Positions 37,759 through 50,689 are shown, numbered from the stretch's first letter. The stretch: DNA of 64,000 nucleotides from Sphyrna mokarran (GCA_024679065.1 JAGIQG010000011.1:47740001-47804000), one strand, 5' to 3'. A program made the numbers and translations. Notes: generated by a model from the sequence alone, not told the origin.

Positions 37759-38789
37759 AAACACTTCATGTCCATGTGCAGCAAGATCTGGACATCATTT
37801 GGGCTTAGGCTGATAAATGGCAAGTAACGTTTATGCAACACAAGTGACAGATATTGACCATCTCCAACATGAGATAATCTGGCCATCACCTTATGACATT
37901 CAATGAGATTACCAATGCTGAATCCCCCCACTATCTTGTGGATTACCACGGACTAGAAATGGAACTAGACCAGCCATGTAAATATTGTGGCTATAAGAGC
38001 AGATTAGGGACTAGGAATTCAGTCAGAAAGAGAGTAACTCACTCCCTGATTCCCAAAGCCTATCCACAATCTACAAGGCACAAGTCCACAATGTGCTGGA
38101 ATATTCTCCACTTGCCTGAATGACTGCAGCCCCAACAACACTCGAAATTCAACTTTCCAGGACAAAGCAGCCCCTTCCAACATCTCCAATATCCACTCCC
38201 CGCAGCACTGATGCACAGTGTGTATCATCTACAAGATGCACTGCAGCAACTCAAGACTCCTTCAACAACACCTTTCAAATCCACAACTTCTATCACCAGA
38301 GCGACAAATGCAGCAGATGCACGGTAACACCACCACTTGCAAGATCCCCTCCAAGCCACACAGCTGTATTTTCATGTTCACTGGGTCAAAATCCTAGAAC
38401 ACCCTTCCTAACAGAATTGTGGTGTATTACAACATTTGGACTGCATTGGATCAAAAAGACAACACACCACTATAGCTTTTCAAGGACAATTAGCAATGGG
38501 CGATAAAAGCTGGTCCGGCCAGTAACACCAACATCCCATGAATGAATGTTTAAAAAAATCATAATGTACTACACAAACTCTCCTTTGCAATTCCGTCTGA
38601 TGCATACGCATTCCTGTTGCCCTCATGACTTCTACTAACAGCATTCCGCTTTATTTGGTAACAACTACAAAGCCTTTCAGTCTCCTGCTTTTCAATTGGC
38701 ATATTGACAGTAATTGTGCCTCTGATTTAGAAAATTATAAGTTCAAGTCCGACTGTGGAGATCTGAGCACATAATCTGGGAGAACACTT

Positions 38790-39170
38790 TGTCATAGAGC
38801 CTTACAGTACAGATTAGATCCTTAAGCCTATCGAGCTTGCATCAACAAAACAACAATAAATCTACACTGATCCCCCTTGCCAGCACTTGGCCCACAACCT
38901 TGGATGTTATGACATTTCAGGTGCTCAACCACAATTTTTAAAGGTTGTGAGATTTCTCACCTTTACTACTCTCCCAGGCAGTGCATTCCAGACTCTCTCA
39001 ATCCTTTGAGTGAATACCTTTCCTCAAATCCCCTCTAAACCTCCTTAAAATTGCGCCCCCTCATTATTGACTCTTCAACTAAGAGGAACAGCTGCTTCCT
39101 AGCCACCCTGTCCATACCCTTCATAATCTTGTACGCCACAATCTAGGCGCCCTCAACCTTCTCTGCTCAT
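38790..39170 (-). mobile_element. CR1 3' end fragment
   Basis: Antisense CR1 3' motifs (ccaggcagtgcattccagact, ccaccctgtccatacccttcataatcttgta). Confidence 0.7.
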
Positions 39171-42100
39171 AGGCTAATTCTTCCCAGGTGGGTAATAATC
39201 AAATGAACTCTTCAAAACTGTGTGATTAGAAGCTGTGATAAACTGTGAGAATTTAGAATTTATAGTAGATCTGAGTTTAATTCTGTATGAACAGACATTA
39301 GGAAACCCTTAAACTGATATAATTCAAAGCAGTCAATGTGATTTATCCAAGACATTAAAAAATAATTTATCCAAGATAAGGAAGGCAGATTTCCTTCCCT
39401 AAAGGAAGTTAATGAACCAGATGGGTCTATGTAAGGTTCAAGTTACTCCACAAGGATTGGATACATGACAATTGATGGTCACCACTTCTGACACTAACTT
39501 TATATTCCACATTTATTAATTGAACTTAAATTCCATCAGCTGGCATAGTGAGATTTGAATCTATATCCTCAGAGCATTAGCTTGGACCTCTAGATTAATA
39601 GTTCAGCAAAATTACCACAATGCCACCATTCCCCCATCCATCCACTCAGCTTACTTTTGCATACGTACGTAAGGCTCATGCTAACACCCTCACTAATATA
39701 GTGTTCGGAAGAGAAGTGGGCACCATTTTTCCACTAAACTGGCAGCCATAGCATTGAAACTGCTGGCACCCCAAAGCCCAATTCTGTGATGCAGAAATCT
39801 AAACAACTGCCTTTTCTCTGGACAAATACATTTTCATTAATTTCCCATTTGTAAATGAAAGCAAGACTGATCTATGCATGGACATTTCCACAGGCAACAC
39901 TAATATCCTAAAATGAAAGTAAACTACTGCAGAAGCTGGAATCTGAAACAAAAACAGAAAATGCTGGAAAATCTCAGCAGGTCTGACAGCATTGTGGAGA
40001 CAGAATAGAACCAGTATTTTGAGTCTGGATGACTCTTCGGAACATTGATATCCTTCATTATTTTTGCCATATTTGCTGTAAACTAACCAAGATTGGCATT
40101 GTTCCTTGATTTTATTTTCAGGAATCACTTCAGCAAATTGAATGATGGTTTTATCCAATTTGGTGAGTTTGGAAGGAATGTTGAGTACAGTTAACTGACA
40201 TAAATCAGGTTTCTTTTCCCATTAGCAGAGGAAAATATAGCTGAAAAGCAACACCTCTCACTTAAATAATAAGGTTGCAACTGCTAACAGGACTTTTGAC
40301 TTGTTATATCTGTTGATCTCCGCATTCATTTCTATGCTGGCTTTGAAAGACATAGCTGGCAAACATCAAATCAGGCTCTGTGAAACTCTCTTTCACAGGA
40401 AATTCTCTTCCACACCCAAAACTTTTATCCAAGAAACAGAAGAAGACGCAAGGCTGTTATACTGACATGGCAGTTTACTGATCTATGCTATGTAACTGTA
40501 TGTACCTTATTTTAGTTGTCACTTTGTAAAATGTAATTGACATTACTGTGCTCTTATTATCAATGTATGTCGTTGAAAGACTTATAAAGGTCTGGTGTGT
40601 TAAATGAGCAGTCGGTGCCCAGCTAATAATCTCAAAGCGAACTCGGTACACTATTCTTTCTGAAAACATTTTTAGTGTGGAGTCTGCTTGATTTAGATTC
40701 CTGTTTGAACTGTTGATCATGATTTGAAGCTTTTGACACCACAGCTTTTGGAAATTGCTTTGAATAATAATTTCTTCAGATTGAAGTTTTGGATTCCTGA
40801 CAAAAAATGTAGCTTTCAGTGGCCAGAAAGACGCATATGATGAACATTCAGTAGCACTGAATAATAAAATATTAATGAGCCATAACTGATATTACTACAA
40901 CAAATGATATAGTTACAAAGATGTGTTTTATATTAATCCTTCCATAAGTTTCTTTTTTAATTGCCATTTTATACACAGCCTGTTGCATTCACATTGCTAT
41001 TTTAGTATTTGGTCACATGTACATTTTTTAAAAGCCACATCTGCGGAAAGAGTACAACCGTCCATAGAAATACATGTCTGTTTTGACAATTATGGAGGAG
41101 AAAGCCAAGGCTCTACTGAACTTCCTTTTGCTTCCTTTTTCCCGCTCTCTTTCTCTCACTTGAAGAAATTGACTTGTTGCTGGATTATGCTCCACGCATT
41201 TGTACCTCACTCATTTACATAATAGTTTTGACAATGAGTTAAGGCAAATGATTCAAAGGCAGTCAAGCTAGATGATGCACCCATCTGATGATGAACACAC
41301 AATTGTTTCCAGGAGTTAGTGGATAAAGCTCAATATCAGCTTACTTTCAATATTGTGACATGTCGCTTCTGCTTCATCTGCTTTACTAAACAAAATAACT
41401 GATTTCTGGCAGCATAAAAACCCACTCTGCCAGGCCTTAGAGCTAAAATTAATAACCGACAGGGTAGTAACTTACCTTTTCTTATGCAAATTGGTTGATC
41501 AACTTCATTATCTCACATGCTGTCACCCACTAGTTTTCTGGTTAGATGAAATCATTTTGTCTCTGATCAGCTGGATTCTAGCAAGGTCTTACTCAGAGTG
41601 CTATACTGCAGCAAGCCTTAAATAAAGAGTTCTTTATATACTGTTAAAATCTATTTTGGAAAACCATGAAGTATGCCATAGTGAATTTCTTTGGATGCGC
41701 TTTTGGATAACCTTACATATACGATATTCAATATCTGACTAGATTTGTAGAACAAATTCACAATTACAAGTTCCAAAGCACTATACCACGCAACTGGCAA
41801 CATGCTGATGAATCAGTTTCTTATTAACTAGATGTGTAATGACTCATACAGATGTTACATATGAATCAAATGACATTTTCATTTGGATTATGTTCAAATA
41901 AAATTTTCAGGCTAAAATTTGTTTCCTTTTATAATGATCAGGCGAATAACATTGGTAAAACTTCAGGAAAATTCACCAGTTAGATCAAAATGCAAGAAGC
42001 AAAGTATTTCATTTTGCTCAATGAAACTAATGAACCTTTAGTTACCACAAGTCACAAATGAAACCCAGGGTTCATTAGTCCTGAAATATTATACTTCATT

Positions 42101-42309
42101 TCAAAAGCCAAGTCTAGTTCTACTATTTTGCATTGTAATGAATTACTCTGAATAAAATTGTGTGACTTTTAAGAATATTATTTTGATAGTGGGCATTACA
42201 AAGGGTCTCTGGAGTTACAAGTAAAAAAGAAATTTTACCCTGCTCAAATTCCTTGGTAATTTTGAAACCTCTTGCAGAGAATCCTGCAGAGTGGGGTCAT
42301 GTGATCTCG

Positions 42310-42455
42310 AACAAAAACAGAAAGTGCTGGGGAAACTCAGCAGAAGAGTCACATGGATTCAGAATGTTAACTCTGATGTTGCCAGACCTGTGGACATTTT
42401 TCCAGCATTTTCTGTTTTCATTTTAGATTTTTAGCATCCGCAATATTTTGCTATC
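42310..42455. mobile_element. Inverted pLTR remnant of a second Penelope-type family; related fragments at 18175-18255, 29200-29270, 39920-40042, 57405-57520, 63575-63650
   Basis: aaaaacagaaa.tgctgg.aaactcagcag followed by its reverse complement; hammerhead-like remnant gaagagtca...gactc.aaa. Confidence 0.6.
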
Positions 42456-42762
42456 AACCAGGTGATTTGGATTAGGTTGGATCAAGACCAAATTTGAATG
42501 AATGACAGTGTCAACATATTCACACAGCTAAGATAGTTAGGGATCTGATGTTGAACTTAAGATTGGCACAAAAAATGTCTTAAGGCCGGAGTTCATGTGC
42601 TTCTTTCCTATGGAGTTTTAATGTAAACATATAATAAAATTTTCAAACGAATTAAAATTCATAGACTAGCACTCACCAAGTCCTGTGATGCTGTAACATT
42701 TTGTATTTTATTCCCTTGGGAGTTAAACAAATGGTGTCAACCTCAATGGGGATGCATAATGA

Positions 42763-45400
42763 TGTACTTTCAAAGACTTTATTAGCAAAACAAAAAGGGG
42801 TTTATTTATAAGTTAGTTTCAGGTATGCATACATATAAATAATCCGAAGTATCTCTGCACCAGGAGAATATCCTCTCCTGGAGAGAATCTCTCCTCTGAA
42901 TCCCAATTCGTCACACAGACCATGTGACCCTCACTCAGTTATGTTAAAGGCACAGTCATCACATCCCTCCAACATTAACTTCTTTACAAAAACTTCAATA
43001 ATCAATTCACTTGGTCCTAAATTCAATCTATTCATCATATTTAGGTCAGACAACAATAAATCAAGCCTTTAATGGGGTTTCCTGTCTCTTGTCAAGTGGT
43101 GCAGTTCTGTTTTCTGGGATGCTTCCCCAGGATTGACATTGACTGCAGTAACTTTTGTTGCTTATCTCAATATTAGCATCAGTGCCAGGCCACCACACAT
43201 AACTCTCAGCAAGCATCCTCATCTTAGAGATATCAGGATGAGCACAGTGTAATTCAGTTTTGAAGCAGCCCTCTGCCTGGTACAGGAATGACAATTCTTG
43301 TACACAAGACATATGACGCTATTCTGACAACTCAATTCAATTTTGTAGGTAAAGAATAGTTTCATTTCCTCAGAAACTCAGAATGGTTTGTCTTCTTCAT
43401 TGTCTCATTTACCCATTCTATAATTTACCCATTCTATAAAAATACCCACCCTATTTCCTAGGATGGACTCAAATAGCACGAGGGGTCACGGGCTTAGGGT
43501 GAGGGGGGTAAGGTATAATTTGGATGCTAGAGGGAGGTTTTTCACGCAGAGGGTGGTGGGGGTATGGAATGCGCTGCCAAGTAAAGTGGTAGAGGCAGAT
43601 AGTCTGGAGTTATTTAAGAAATACTTAGATGGGCACATGAACAGAATGGGAATGGAGGGGTATAGAAAACTGATTTAAAATAGGGATCATGAGCCTTGGG
43701 AGTCCCTGGGAAGTGTGTAAATAGATGATGATATTGATGTACTTGCTTTTATCCTACAGGTGCTTTGGTCCATCTTGTTGTCTAATGAGGGGCATACACG
43801 CGATGGGTTGTGAGAGGACTGCTCTTGGACTTTTTCGAGAGTATCCTAGTGCTTCACGTTGTTAGTGTATGCTTGACCTGGACCATCTGATGGACAACAC
43901 GACAGCTCAGTGACTATCGCTGTGCTGTGCAGATACATGGATTTGGGCCTGTGTCTGTGGGAGTTTACGCATTCTTCCCATGCTTGCATGGGTTTTCTCC
44001 GGGAGCTCCGGTTTCCTCCCATATCCCAAAGATGTGCTCTTAGGCTAATTGGCAAAACAAATTCTCCCTAAATTGTCTCAAATTTGGTTTTTAATCCATA
44101 GATCTATAAACATGGACAGGAATCGTGGATAGAGGTGGGAACATCGGGGTGGCGGCGTGGGCTCGTTGGGCCGAAGGGCCTGTTTCCCGTGCTGGTTTGT
44201 TCTTTGTTCTTTGTTCAAATAAGTATCTTGTTCTCACTTTGTACAGAAGCGGATTCTGTTTGGTCCAGATCCAAATCTGCTTTGCATAGACTGGTAATGT
44301 GCCTAAAAGATTTAATGCCATGACCATTTTTTCTGGTGCTGGAGTACACGTGATATTTTCTTTATGAATAGTTGATTAACATCCGCATTTGCTAAGTGTA
44401 TCCCAGGTCAGTGCTTAAAAATATATTTGTATGCAAACAGAATTGATGCCATCACTGAATTTTGGTGGAATACCCTTGTCCTCTTTGAAAAGGCCTACCA
44501 GTGGCTTGTGGTCAGCAACGATGCCAAAGTGTCTACCTTCTAAGTATTGGTGAAATTTCTTGATGCCAAAGACTATTGATAGTCTTCCTTCTCGATGTGT
44601 AAGTGGCATTTCTTGGCTTCTGAGAAGGTTCCTGACACATACCATACTGGGCTTTCAGATCGGAGGTCCATCTCTTGGGACAGTGCTGTATCAACACCAT
44701 ACAGAGAGGTGTCAATATCAGTTCCTTAGCGGGTTTGAAATGCCCTAACAGGTTTGAAGATTGCAGCAATTGCTTCATTCTGTTGAAAGCTTCCTCCTGG
44801 GGAATCTTCCAAGACCAATGATAGCGTTTCTTTAGCAATACATGCAAGGGGGATAACACCATCAATAAGCACCATCAATCCATAAGTAATTTACTATACC
44901 CTAAAACCATTTGAGTCCAGCTGTGTTTGCAGGGGCAGGCACATTTTTTATCACTTCGACCTTATCTTCCACAAGGTATAATTCTTGTGTCTGTACATGC
45001 TGTCTCATGGAGGTTACCTCAGTGGCTTGAGAAGTGTTCTTTTTCTTGAGGTGAACGCTAACCTCCTAAAATCTCTTCAACACCTCTTTTAAGTTTATTA
45101 GATGCTTGGTCTCTGTCAATCCAATTATAAGGACATCATTCAAATATACTACAACCCATGATAGTTCCTATAGCAGACTTTTCATTGTCCTTTGAAATAT
45201 TCCATATTTCCAAATGGCAGACGCATATACTTGAATAGGCCTTTCCATGTGTTTCTTGTGACATACCTCTGGGAACTGTTATCTAATTCAAGTTTCTAGT
45301 ATGCGTGACTCTGGTATGCAGGTCTTCTGTTCATTGTGTTCTGGTCTAGGGCAGGTACTCAAGTCCCATAGGTAAGAATGTTGAGTATTTACCCAGGAAG
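42763..45400 (-). mobile_element. Decayed Ty3/Gypsy LTR retrotransposon (RT, RNase H, integrase zinc-binding remnants; putative 3' LTR 42763-42963), interrupted by a CR1
   Basis: LSIVFGIKKFHQYLEGRHF.IVADHKPL (RNase H), LH.AHP.ISKMRMLAESYVWWPG.DANIE (integrase), VYLNDV near 45140; ggaggga purine tract followed by TG...CA with AATAAA. Confidence 0.82.
43452..44215 (+). mobile_element. CR1 3' end with long SINE-containing 3' UTR, same subfamily as 14010-14770
   Basis: Colinear, high similarity to 14010-14770 over ~760 bp. Confidence 0.9.
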
Positions 45401-45710
45401 GTTAATTGAGGAGGTTTTCCATCCCTACTTTGCTATTTTATCTTTAGAGGACTGTGTCTTTGGTTATATGTAACCAAATCTAAAAAGCCCCAACTAGCTA
45501 TTGTGAAAAGGGAGGGTCACCTGCTTCCACCAGTTAAGTACTGAATGTCAACCTAGATTTCAGAGCCAGCACAACACTTAAGCTTTCTAAACTCATCTAA
45601 CTTTCTAAATCTTGGTCTATAGGCCTGTAGGTTATAATGTTTCAAGGGCAGGATTTTTCAGATGGTGGGTTATCACTCTACAAACACATCCCTGCTGATC
45701 ACATCAGCAT

Positions 45711-45913
45711 GATGTAGAGATGCCGGTGTTGGACTGGGGTAAACACAGTAAGAAACACAGTAATCTGTAAACTGTCTGTGGTGTTATATGTGCTGTCTGA
45801 GACCAGAACACCTCATTCACCTGACGAAGAGGTTGAAACACCTTGAAAGCTTGTGAGTTTACTATCAAATAAATTGGTTGGACTTAAACCTGGTGTTGTC
45901 AGACTTCTTACTG
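45711..45913 (+). mobile_element. Short Penelope pLTR insertion with intact-looking hammerhead core and 15-bp TSD
   Basis: TSD tgatcaca[t/c]cagcat at 45696-45710 and 45914-45928; body homologous to 12925-13085. Confidence 0.82.
45818..45855 (+). ncRNA. Minimal type I hammerhead ribozyme motif
   Basis: CAC-CTGACGA-agAGGT tgaaac ACCTt-GAAA-GC-TT-GTG: stem I CAC/GTG, core CUGANGA and GAAA, palindromic AAGCUU in place of stem III. Confidence 0.7.
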
Positions 45914-46077
45914 TGATCACACCAGCATCACATCCCTTTAACACTCCGAGAAGTATCCAATTCATCCAGGCCCTCCTAATTTCATACACCTCGATTCAAT
46001 TTCTCCTCAGCCTTGGATTTGGAAGCAGGAAGTGAATGTACTATTATCAAGTTTGCAAATGGTGAGGATGGCACAAA

Positions 46078-46201
46078 GGATGGAATTTTATCATCATGCC
46101 TGCCCCGGAATCAGGGCAGGTGAGACTCACAGAATGGAATTCTCTGTTGGCCTTGGCAGATTTTACGAGCTTCGCCTGAGCGAGGTCGTAAAATCCTGAC
46201 C
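46078..46201. mobile_element. 124-bp Harbinger-type MITE inserted in a CR1 fragment
   Basis: Imperfect TIRs ggatggaatttta / taaaatcctgacc, 3-bp flanking duplication aaa; CR1 sequence continues on both sides. Confidence 0.6.
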
Positions 46202-46912
46202 AAAGAGTCTAAGGGGATATAGATAGGTTAAGTGAGTGGGCCAAAATGAGGCGATGAAATATAATGTAGTGGTACTTCTGGGATGCACTCTGATTTGCAA
46301 AGTGAGGGCAAGAGTGGGGAATGGGGAACATGCTTGCCTCCAATTAACAGCTCATTAAGCTCTTTGAAGAACTTGCTAACTGGCCAGGGAGGGTGAGAAT
46401 GCAATTTACAATGTAATTTTAATGATGACATTAGTATTGGATTCAAAGCTCCCTTGGCTTGTTGCAAAGAGACTATCTTCAAAGAGCTGCCAGGCGCTGC
46501 GCAGTTGGGGGCCATGCTTAAAGTGGTAAAATTGAATCCGTCTTGAAAATAGCCCTAAATAGGGCCTAAACTGTCCTAATTGGCTGCTCATCTCCAAGCA
46601 ACAGCATTCCCATGGGAAATTCCTTAGAAGATGGAAACTTTAGGAGGCTGTCTCAATGTGGCCCTCTTCTTTCCCTGGCCTCTCTGTCTCCAAACCCTTC
46701 TCCACAAGGCCGGAGAAATCCAGCCCTCTGTTTCCGTAATAAAATTCCAATCTGTTTCTTTCAACCCTAACAAGATCAAAGTGCACTAATGTTCACATTT
46801 TTCAAAGCCACGTAGAATAGTTTTGGATTCCAAATAATATTTACTGCTATACAGAATATTGCTGACACATTTTCTGATAGCAGAGCCATTGCTTCTATGC
46901 ACTTACACCTAC

Positions 46913-47015
46913 CTTATCACTGTCCATAGTATTCTGTGAGGTTCTTGATGCAATGGAAATAGTGTCTGGCTGGCTGCTGCCATCTCCCTGACTATCTCCG
47001 TCTTCTCCCATATCC
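46913..47015 (-). CDS. KALRN: Kalirin linker exon ([R]DMGEDGDSQGDGSSQPDTISIASRTSQNTMDSDK)
   Basis: Translated by hand. Acceptor tcctcttatccctag|G, donor AAG|gtaggt; 103 nt, phase 2 to 0; conserved DSQGDGSSQPDTISIASRTSQNT motif of kalirin/Trio. Confidence 0.96.
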
Positions 47016-47369
47016 CTAGGGATAAGAGGAACATAACATAACTGAATGATCATTCATTCACAGAAGAATTGCCCGGAGACCTATGGAGCTCTAGGAGAAT
47101 GGTAAGTTTGGTGATGATGATGCTCAGTGCCACAATCAGGCATAGAGTTGAGATCAAGGAACCCACCCCCCGCTACTCCACAAATAAATCCAACAGAACC
47201 TGTTGTGTGATTGGCCTGCATGGCAAGCCTCTGCCTATTACTGGGGATGAATCCATAAGTAACTAATTACAGGCTTTCATTAGCCCCTAAGTGGGAAGGC
47301 CATCCCAAACTTTTCCTGCTCAATGTCTTCCCACACAATTAAATGCACCCCACCTCGTCTCCAAGCCTG

Positions 47370-47680
47370 CCTGCCATTCTTTTAAACTAAATTAAACTAA
47401 ATTAAACAAACTATAGGACAAACAAAAAGGGCAGCCCCTTGAAGAGGAACCACTCAAAACAAAAACAATGTATAAATGAACCTGAAACATTAAATCAAAG
47501 GGTGACTAAAAGTTTAAATAACACACTCCAGTCCCTGCAGTGCCCAATGGGCACACAAGGCCTCAATAGTGCCCATGCTCCCTCCTCGTAAATATAGCAG
47601 CGGCAGATGGGCAGATAGTCAGATCAGATGACCCTCTTGATTACGTGCTGCCCAGACCTATTGACACAGCCTGCCTGCCA
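47370..47680 (-). mobile_element. Probable Tx1/L1-clade LINE 3' end
   Basis: GC-rich ORF-end-like segment followed by a T-rich UTR with (tttagtttaa)2 on the minus strand; recognised by resemblance only. Confidence 0.4.
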
Positions 47681-47754
47681 AGGGAATTATTTAACTTAAT
47701 TTGTTAGAGAGGAAATTCGAATAGTCATTGAGGGATTTGTGCTTGTGAAATATA

Positions 47755-48035
47755 CACTTACAGTACAGGAGGAGGCCATTCAGTTCATTGAGTCTGTACC
47801 GACCACAATCCCATCCAGGCCCTATCTCCATACCGTACCTAAGCTCCTGGCACTCAGGGGCAATTTAGCATGGCCAATCAACCTAACCCGCATACCTTTT
47901 GACTGTGGGAGGAAACTGACATTGACATGGGGAGAATGTACAAACTCCACACAGATAGTGACCCAAGCTGGGAATCGAACCTGGGTCTCTGGAGTTGTGA
48001 GGCACCAGTGCTAACCATTATATCACCGTGCCATC
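47755..48035 (-). mobile_element. HE1-type V-SINE with internal deletion
   Basis: ggcacggtgat..aatggttagcact...ccaggttcgattccc on the minus strand. Confidence 0.8.
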
Positions 48036-48284
48036 CAGTTCAGTCTTCTAGAACTACAGTAAACTATTAATCACTTCAGCTTTTTGTAACTTCTCGAATT
48101 GTTTATGATATATGGCTGGGATTATACAAACCCTGTAGCAAAATCTGTAGCTTTCATATTTTGGAAGTGATTGTTTCTTGTAAAGTTTAAATTTTGTCCA
48201 CCCACCCATTATTATACTAAGCTGGAGCACTCAGACTTTTCTCTGCTACAGATGTTTGCTGAATTAGTTTCATTTTAGCTCAGC

Positions 48285-48905
48285 TGGGGATTGGTGTAAC
48301 TCAGTTGGGATGGATGGTTTGTTTGTGTTACAGAGTGACACCAACAGTGAAGATTTAATTCTCATACCATGAGGTTACTCATGAAGGCCCTACCTTCTCA
48401 CCTTGTCCCTGAAATGAGGTGTGGTGACCCTCAGGTTAAATCACCAAAAGTCAGCTCTCCCTCTCAAAGGGGAGAGCAGCCCATGGTCACTTGGAACAAT
48501 GGCAACTTTACCTTTATGAGCACAGTAGAAGGGCATTGTGTCTTCAAGCTTTAGGAGAATCATATTTATTCTATCTCTACTGTTTGCATAAGGATGGTCT
48601 TGAGGTACAATGATAATGTCCCCACCTGTGGGCCAGAAGCTCCAGGTTCAAGTCCCACTTCAGGATTTAATGACCATGGAAGATGTGTGCATAATGTAAA
48701 CTAACAGGTTAATTACCAGGTTCTCAATCCTTCCAATATGCCTGATGGTCGGCAGTCTGTACAGGACAGTTTCCTGGTTAACCATGTTGTGGAAGGCAAT
48801 AACAAACCACTGCAGTATTTTGCCAAGCACAATCATGGACCAATTCAATGGAGGTCCATGATCGCCACAGTCTCCTTTGGCCATGATACCTGAAGAAGCA
48901 GTCAA
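48285..48905 (+). mobile_element. Two adjacent tRNA-type SINEs (48285-48515 and 48590-48905); the second has an RTE-like tail
   Basis: A/B-box-like heads; tail ggaaggcaataacaaaccactgcagtattttgcc resembles RTE/Bov-B-type 3' ends. Confidence 0.5.
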
Positions 48906-50546
48906 CTCTACTCTTCAATCTGTTTACAGTTCACTAAGTCTGACCAATAGACTACAGCCTAAACCAATAACATATCATAATTATTATTCTGTCTCCTCAT
49001 AATGTGGAAAGCATGTGGCAAATCTAATAAGCCAAAACACAGATTCTCTGTTCGAAGTCTGGTCTCATTGTATTTCCTTGAATTTTGGACAAAGCTAAAG
49101 AATACTCTGAGGCACAGGCAGTGACTCTTTGCATATTTGGGCAGTCTGCAGTGGCAAACCTAACTCAGAATTCCAAATTATAACACCAACTTTACTAAGG
49201 TGGCTCATCATCATCTCCTCGAGGGCAAGTGGGATGATCAGCAAATGCTCGCTTTGCCAGTAATGCTCACATCCCATGAAAGAATAAAAAGACAATTAAT
49301 TAGATAGAAATTGGGAATAACAAAGCAATTTAGAATCCCAGCGGATGGGTATAATATATGGGTGGTTCATATCACATTGCACTGGGGAACCCATGAAAGA
49401 CAATACAAATTCTGATATCTTTGTGTAAGCAGATCCAGCTAGTATATTAAGAATGGGAATCAAGACGCACTTGGGAGACAGCAATTACAGAAAAACACAA
49501 AATGAGGAAGGCTATTCTGCATCTGGTTCAGGAGCAGCTGATTCTAAGGAGGTGGTTTAGAAAAACATACAATATGAATTGAATAAAAAATGTAACTTGT
49601 TGGAACAATGATGAATTAAATTTAATAATGACAAGTATAAAGTATACAACCAAAGAAGATGCAATAGTTGAGATACAAAGAACACCAAAAAGATAAGAAT
49701 GAAATTGAAAGTGCTCTAGTGATCATCATAAACATGAAACTCCATGTTGTTCATTATGTATAAGCTGTGTACCGGTGTGGGCATTTATTGGTGTTTCAAT
49801 TAAATCCCAATAAATAGACACAGGCTGAAAGCATGGCTGCTGTGTTAGGGGGTGTGAGATAGTAATGTGTAACTCTGGAAATAAAAATAAAATCATTTAA
49901 AGATTGACTCCAGTTGTGTCCTTTGTTAATTGGCTTTTTGGTCCAACCACTGTCAAGCAGCAAAACAAGCAGCCAAACAAGAGAGTACACATTAAACAGA
50001 CATCATTACAGTGAGACCAGGAATGCTGGATCCAGTTCTAGGAACCAAGACATAAGAACCTTGAAAACGTTTTGAAGAACAACAACCCCAATTTCTAATG
50101 CATTGTGTGAAAAAATGGATAAAACAAACAGTTTTGAAAGGAAGAGAGAGAAATGTAATTTTATCTATAATGTAAATAAGAAAATTGAAAATGTAACTTC
50201 AGAATATTACTTCAAACTAAGTTGTGAGAGTAAAACAGGACACAAGATCAAACTAGAAAACTACAAATTTAGAAACTGGTAACAGGAAGTTCTACACAAA
50301 AAAAAGTACGGACTAGAATTTTAGTAGAGAATTAGGGGTAAAAGCACTGGAATAATTTAATAAAAATGTGAAGATGGATAAAGGTATCCTTCTGGGTGGA
50401 CACACTAAGAAGAGCTAAGTGGCTTTCTTCATATTGAGCTTGTGATTTTAGGATGGATTTAATGAGATAAAATAAAAGGTTTCAAATATTCTGTGCTATG
50501 ACAACATACACAAATAATACAGTACAAATAGCAAGGAAGACTCTAC

Positions 50547-50689
50547 CTTTTACTGTTATTCCTTTGTTTTGCTGGGGTTTTGGGTAGCTGGATAGGTTCT
50601 TTCAGAGCTCCTTTCAGGTGAATAGTTCTCTCCTGTATGACCTCCCGAATATTTTTAATCCAATCCTGCTTTGTTTCAATGTTGGAGGC
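50547..50689 (-). CDS. KALRN: Kalirin exon, end of PH1 (ASNIETKQDWIKNIREVIQERTIHLKGALKEPIQLPKTPAKQRNNSK[R])
   Basis: Not in the ORF track; translated by hand. Acceptor cttttccttag|GCC, donor AAAAG|gtagag; 143 nt, phase 0 to 2. Confidence 0.96.

Larger units (their letters stand above)
34480..38560 (+). mobile_element. Old CR1/L2/Jockey-group LINE, split at ~35610-37760 by two nested CR1 copies
   Basis: RT remnants VCPVHKKQDK.DPSNY..ISLLSIISKV.E and SPTIFSCFISD...IFSDEC; continues after 37760 (cagcaagatctggac...gctgataaatggcaag) to a 3' tail at ~38550. Confidence 0.7.

Noticed and set aside
41476-41616. Strong donor AAG|gtaagt with an upstream AG on the minus strand
   Set aside because: Stops in all three frames and no homology; a non-coding exon cannot be supported from sequence alone.
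49405-49445. Peptide GSAYTKI, reminiscent of translated U6 snRNA
   Set aside because: The nucleotide sequence does not match U6.
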